A stretch of DNA of 24,000 nt from Blastococcus sp. Marseille-P5729. GTDB taxonomy: Bacteria > Actinomycetota > Actinomycetes > Mycobacteriales > Antricoccaceae. A program made the position numbers and the translations under genes. The notes below the pieces were generated by a model, which searched no databases, was not told where the DNA came from, and saw only the letters and a program-made list of their open reading frames with translations. Shown here piece after piece: positions 23,293-24,000 of this stretch. Numbering within the stretch: the first letter of the stretch is position 1; every line of letters begins with the position of its first letter. Where the stretch lies: NCBI RefSeq assembly GCF_900292035.1, contig NZ_OMPO01000001.1, positions 355,192 to 379,191 on the forward strand. The letters are read 5' to 3'.

Positions 23293-24000
23293 CCGCGCCC
23301 TTCCATTCACCGCAGCTGACGCTGTTCAGCACCGACATCGAACGCCTCCGGGAGTTCTACGCACGCCTCGGCTTCACTCAGCAGCTGCGCTATCCCGCCG
23401 ACGGCGCAGCGCAGCAGATCGAGCTCACGCTCGACGGCCTGACGCTCCGGCTGTCGGATCGGGACTCGACGGTCTCCGAGTTCGGACTGTCTGCCGATCT
23501 CAGCGGTCACGGCGCGGCCCTGACGGTGTGGTGCGACGACGTCGTCGCGGCCCATGACCGCCTGACCAAGGTCGGCATCGCCTCGCTCGCGCTACCCCGT
23601 GACTGGCATGGCGGCCTCCGCACGGCCTGGCTGGCCGACCCGGACGGCAACCCGGTCCAGCTGATCCAGCCGGCCGCCGCCACCTCACCCAAGCCCCCGA
23701 CGGCACCCGCGACGGCTCCCACACCGAGTGCACCTGCCGTACCCGCGAGCCAGGAAGAGCCCGCGACGGACGGACTCCCGGCAACCGAGCCGTCCGATGA
23801 CGACCTGCCACTGCCCCAGTCTCCGCTCCCTGCCGGCTACTACACCGAGGACGGCACACCGACCTTCGACGCCGTCGCGGAGCGCATCCACCAGCGAGCA
23901 GCCACCGCTGAGGGCAACGAGGTGCTCGATGACGAGTCGCAGCGTGGACGCGATGCGACAGATCAGTTCAGCAGGCTCAAGCAGGCGGGCCAGGACCGGC
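23289..24000 (+). CDS. VOC-domain protein with Pro/Ala/Thr-rich linker and charged C-terminal region; 3' end outside the window
   Basis: Not in the ORF track because there is no stop in the window. Its ATG (23289) overlaps the Hsp70-like stop as ATGA. aa 1-127 are VOC-like (..LADPDGNPVQLIQ), aa 128-182 (nt 23670-23834) are a low-complexity P/A/T/S linker, followed by YYTEDGTPTFDAVAERIHQRAATAEGNEVLDDESQRGRDATDQFSRLKQAGQDR. High GC3 throughout. Confidence 0.8.
   Translation, partial: MTAPFHSPQLTLFSTDIERLREFYARLGFTQQLRYPADGAAQQIELTLDGLTLRLSDRDSTVSEFGLSADLSGHGAALTVWCDDVVAAHDRLTKVGIASLALPRDWHGGLRTAWLADPDGNPVQLIQPAAATSPKPPTAPATAPTPSAPAVPASQEEPATDGLPATEPSDDDLPLPQSPLPAGYYTEDGTPTFDAVAERIHQRAATAEGNEVLDDESQRGRDATDQFSRLKQAGQDR

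Noticed and set aside
22231-23310. 359-aa minus-strand ORF
   Set aside because: It is antisense to the Hsp70-like gene, whose ATPase motifs identify the true frame.
1-24000. CRISPR arrays, long tandem repeats, rRNA/tRNA genes, toxin-antitoxin pairs or known defence-system genes
   Set aside because: Reading through both strands, I noticed no regularly spaced repeat arrays, no structured-RNA gene signatures and no characteristic defence or TA domain motifs. A by-eye scan cannot exclude short or degenerate elements.

Overview
Very GC-rich (roughly 70% by eye), actinobacterial-type chromosomal segment. It is densely packed with about 27 protein-coding genes on both strands, mostly small-molecule, acyl-CoA and redox enzymes. 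I saw no rRNA, tRNA, CRISPR array, transposase or integrase. Features the ORF track does not show: (1) a guanidine-III (ykkC-III) riboswitch in front of an SMR/Gdx-type exporter gene; (2) nine gene starts with a -10-like hexamer 6-7 nt upstream of the ATG, which suggests leaderless mRNAs; (3) several gene remnants (RidA-like, VOC-like, NTF2/SnoaL-like) and a multiply frameshifted DUF222/HNH endonuclease pseudogene; (4) a 3'-truncated ORF at the right edge that is absent from the track. I did not find a clear-cut new multi-gene system such as a defence island. The best candidates for uncharacterised modules are: (i) a non-canonical Hsp70-like ATPase translationally coupled to a VOC-domain/Pro-rich-linker/charged-tail protein that runs off the window; (ii) an orphan ParA-like ATPase coupled to a small Cys4 protein; (iii) a heme-oxygenase-like putative diiron enzyme paired with a CDGSH Fe-S protein; (iv) a tightly packed thioesterase / acyl-CoA dehydrogenase / GNAT::Nudix operon just downstream of the riboswitch-controlled exporter. 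All functional calls rest on motif recognition by eye. No database or covariance-model search was run, and start codons are my best choice from RBS, overlap and GC3 context.
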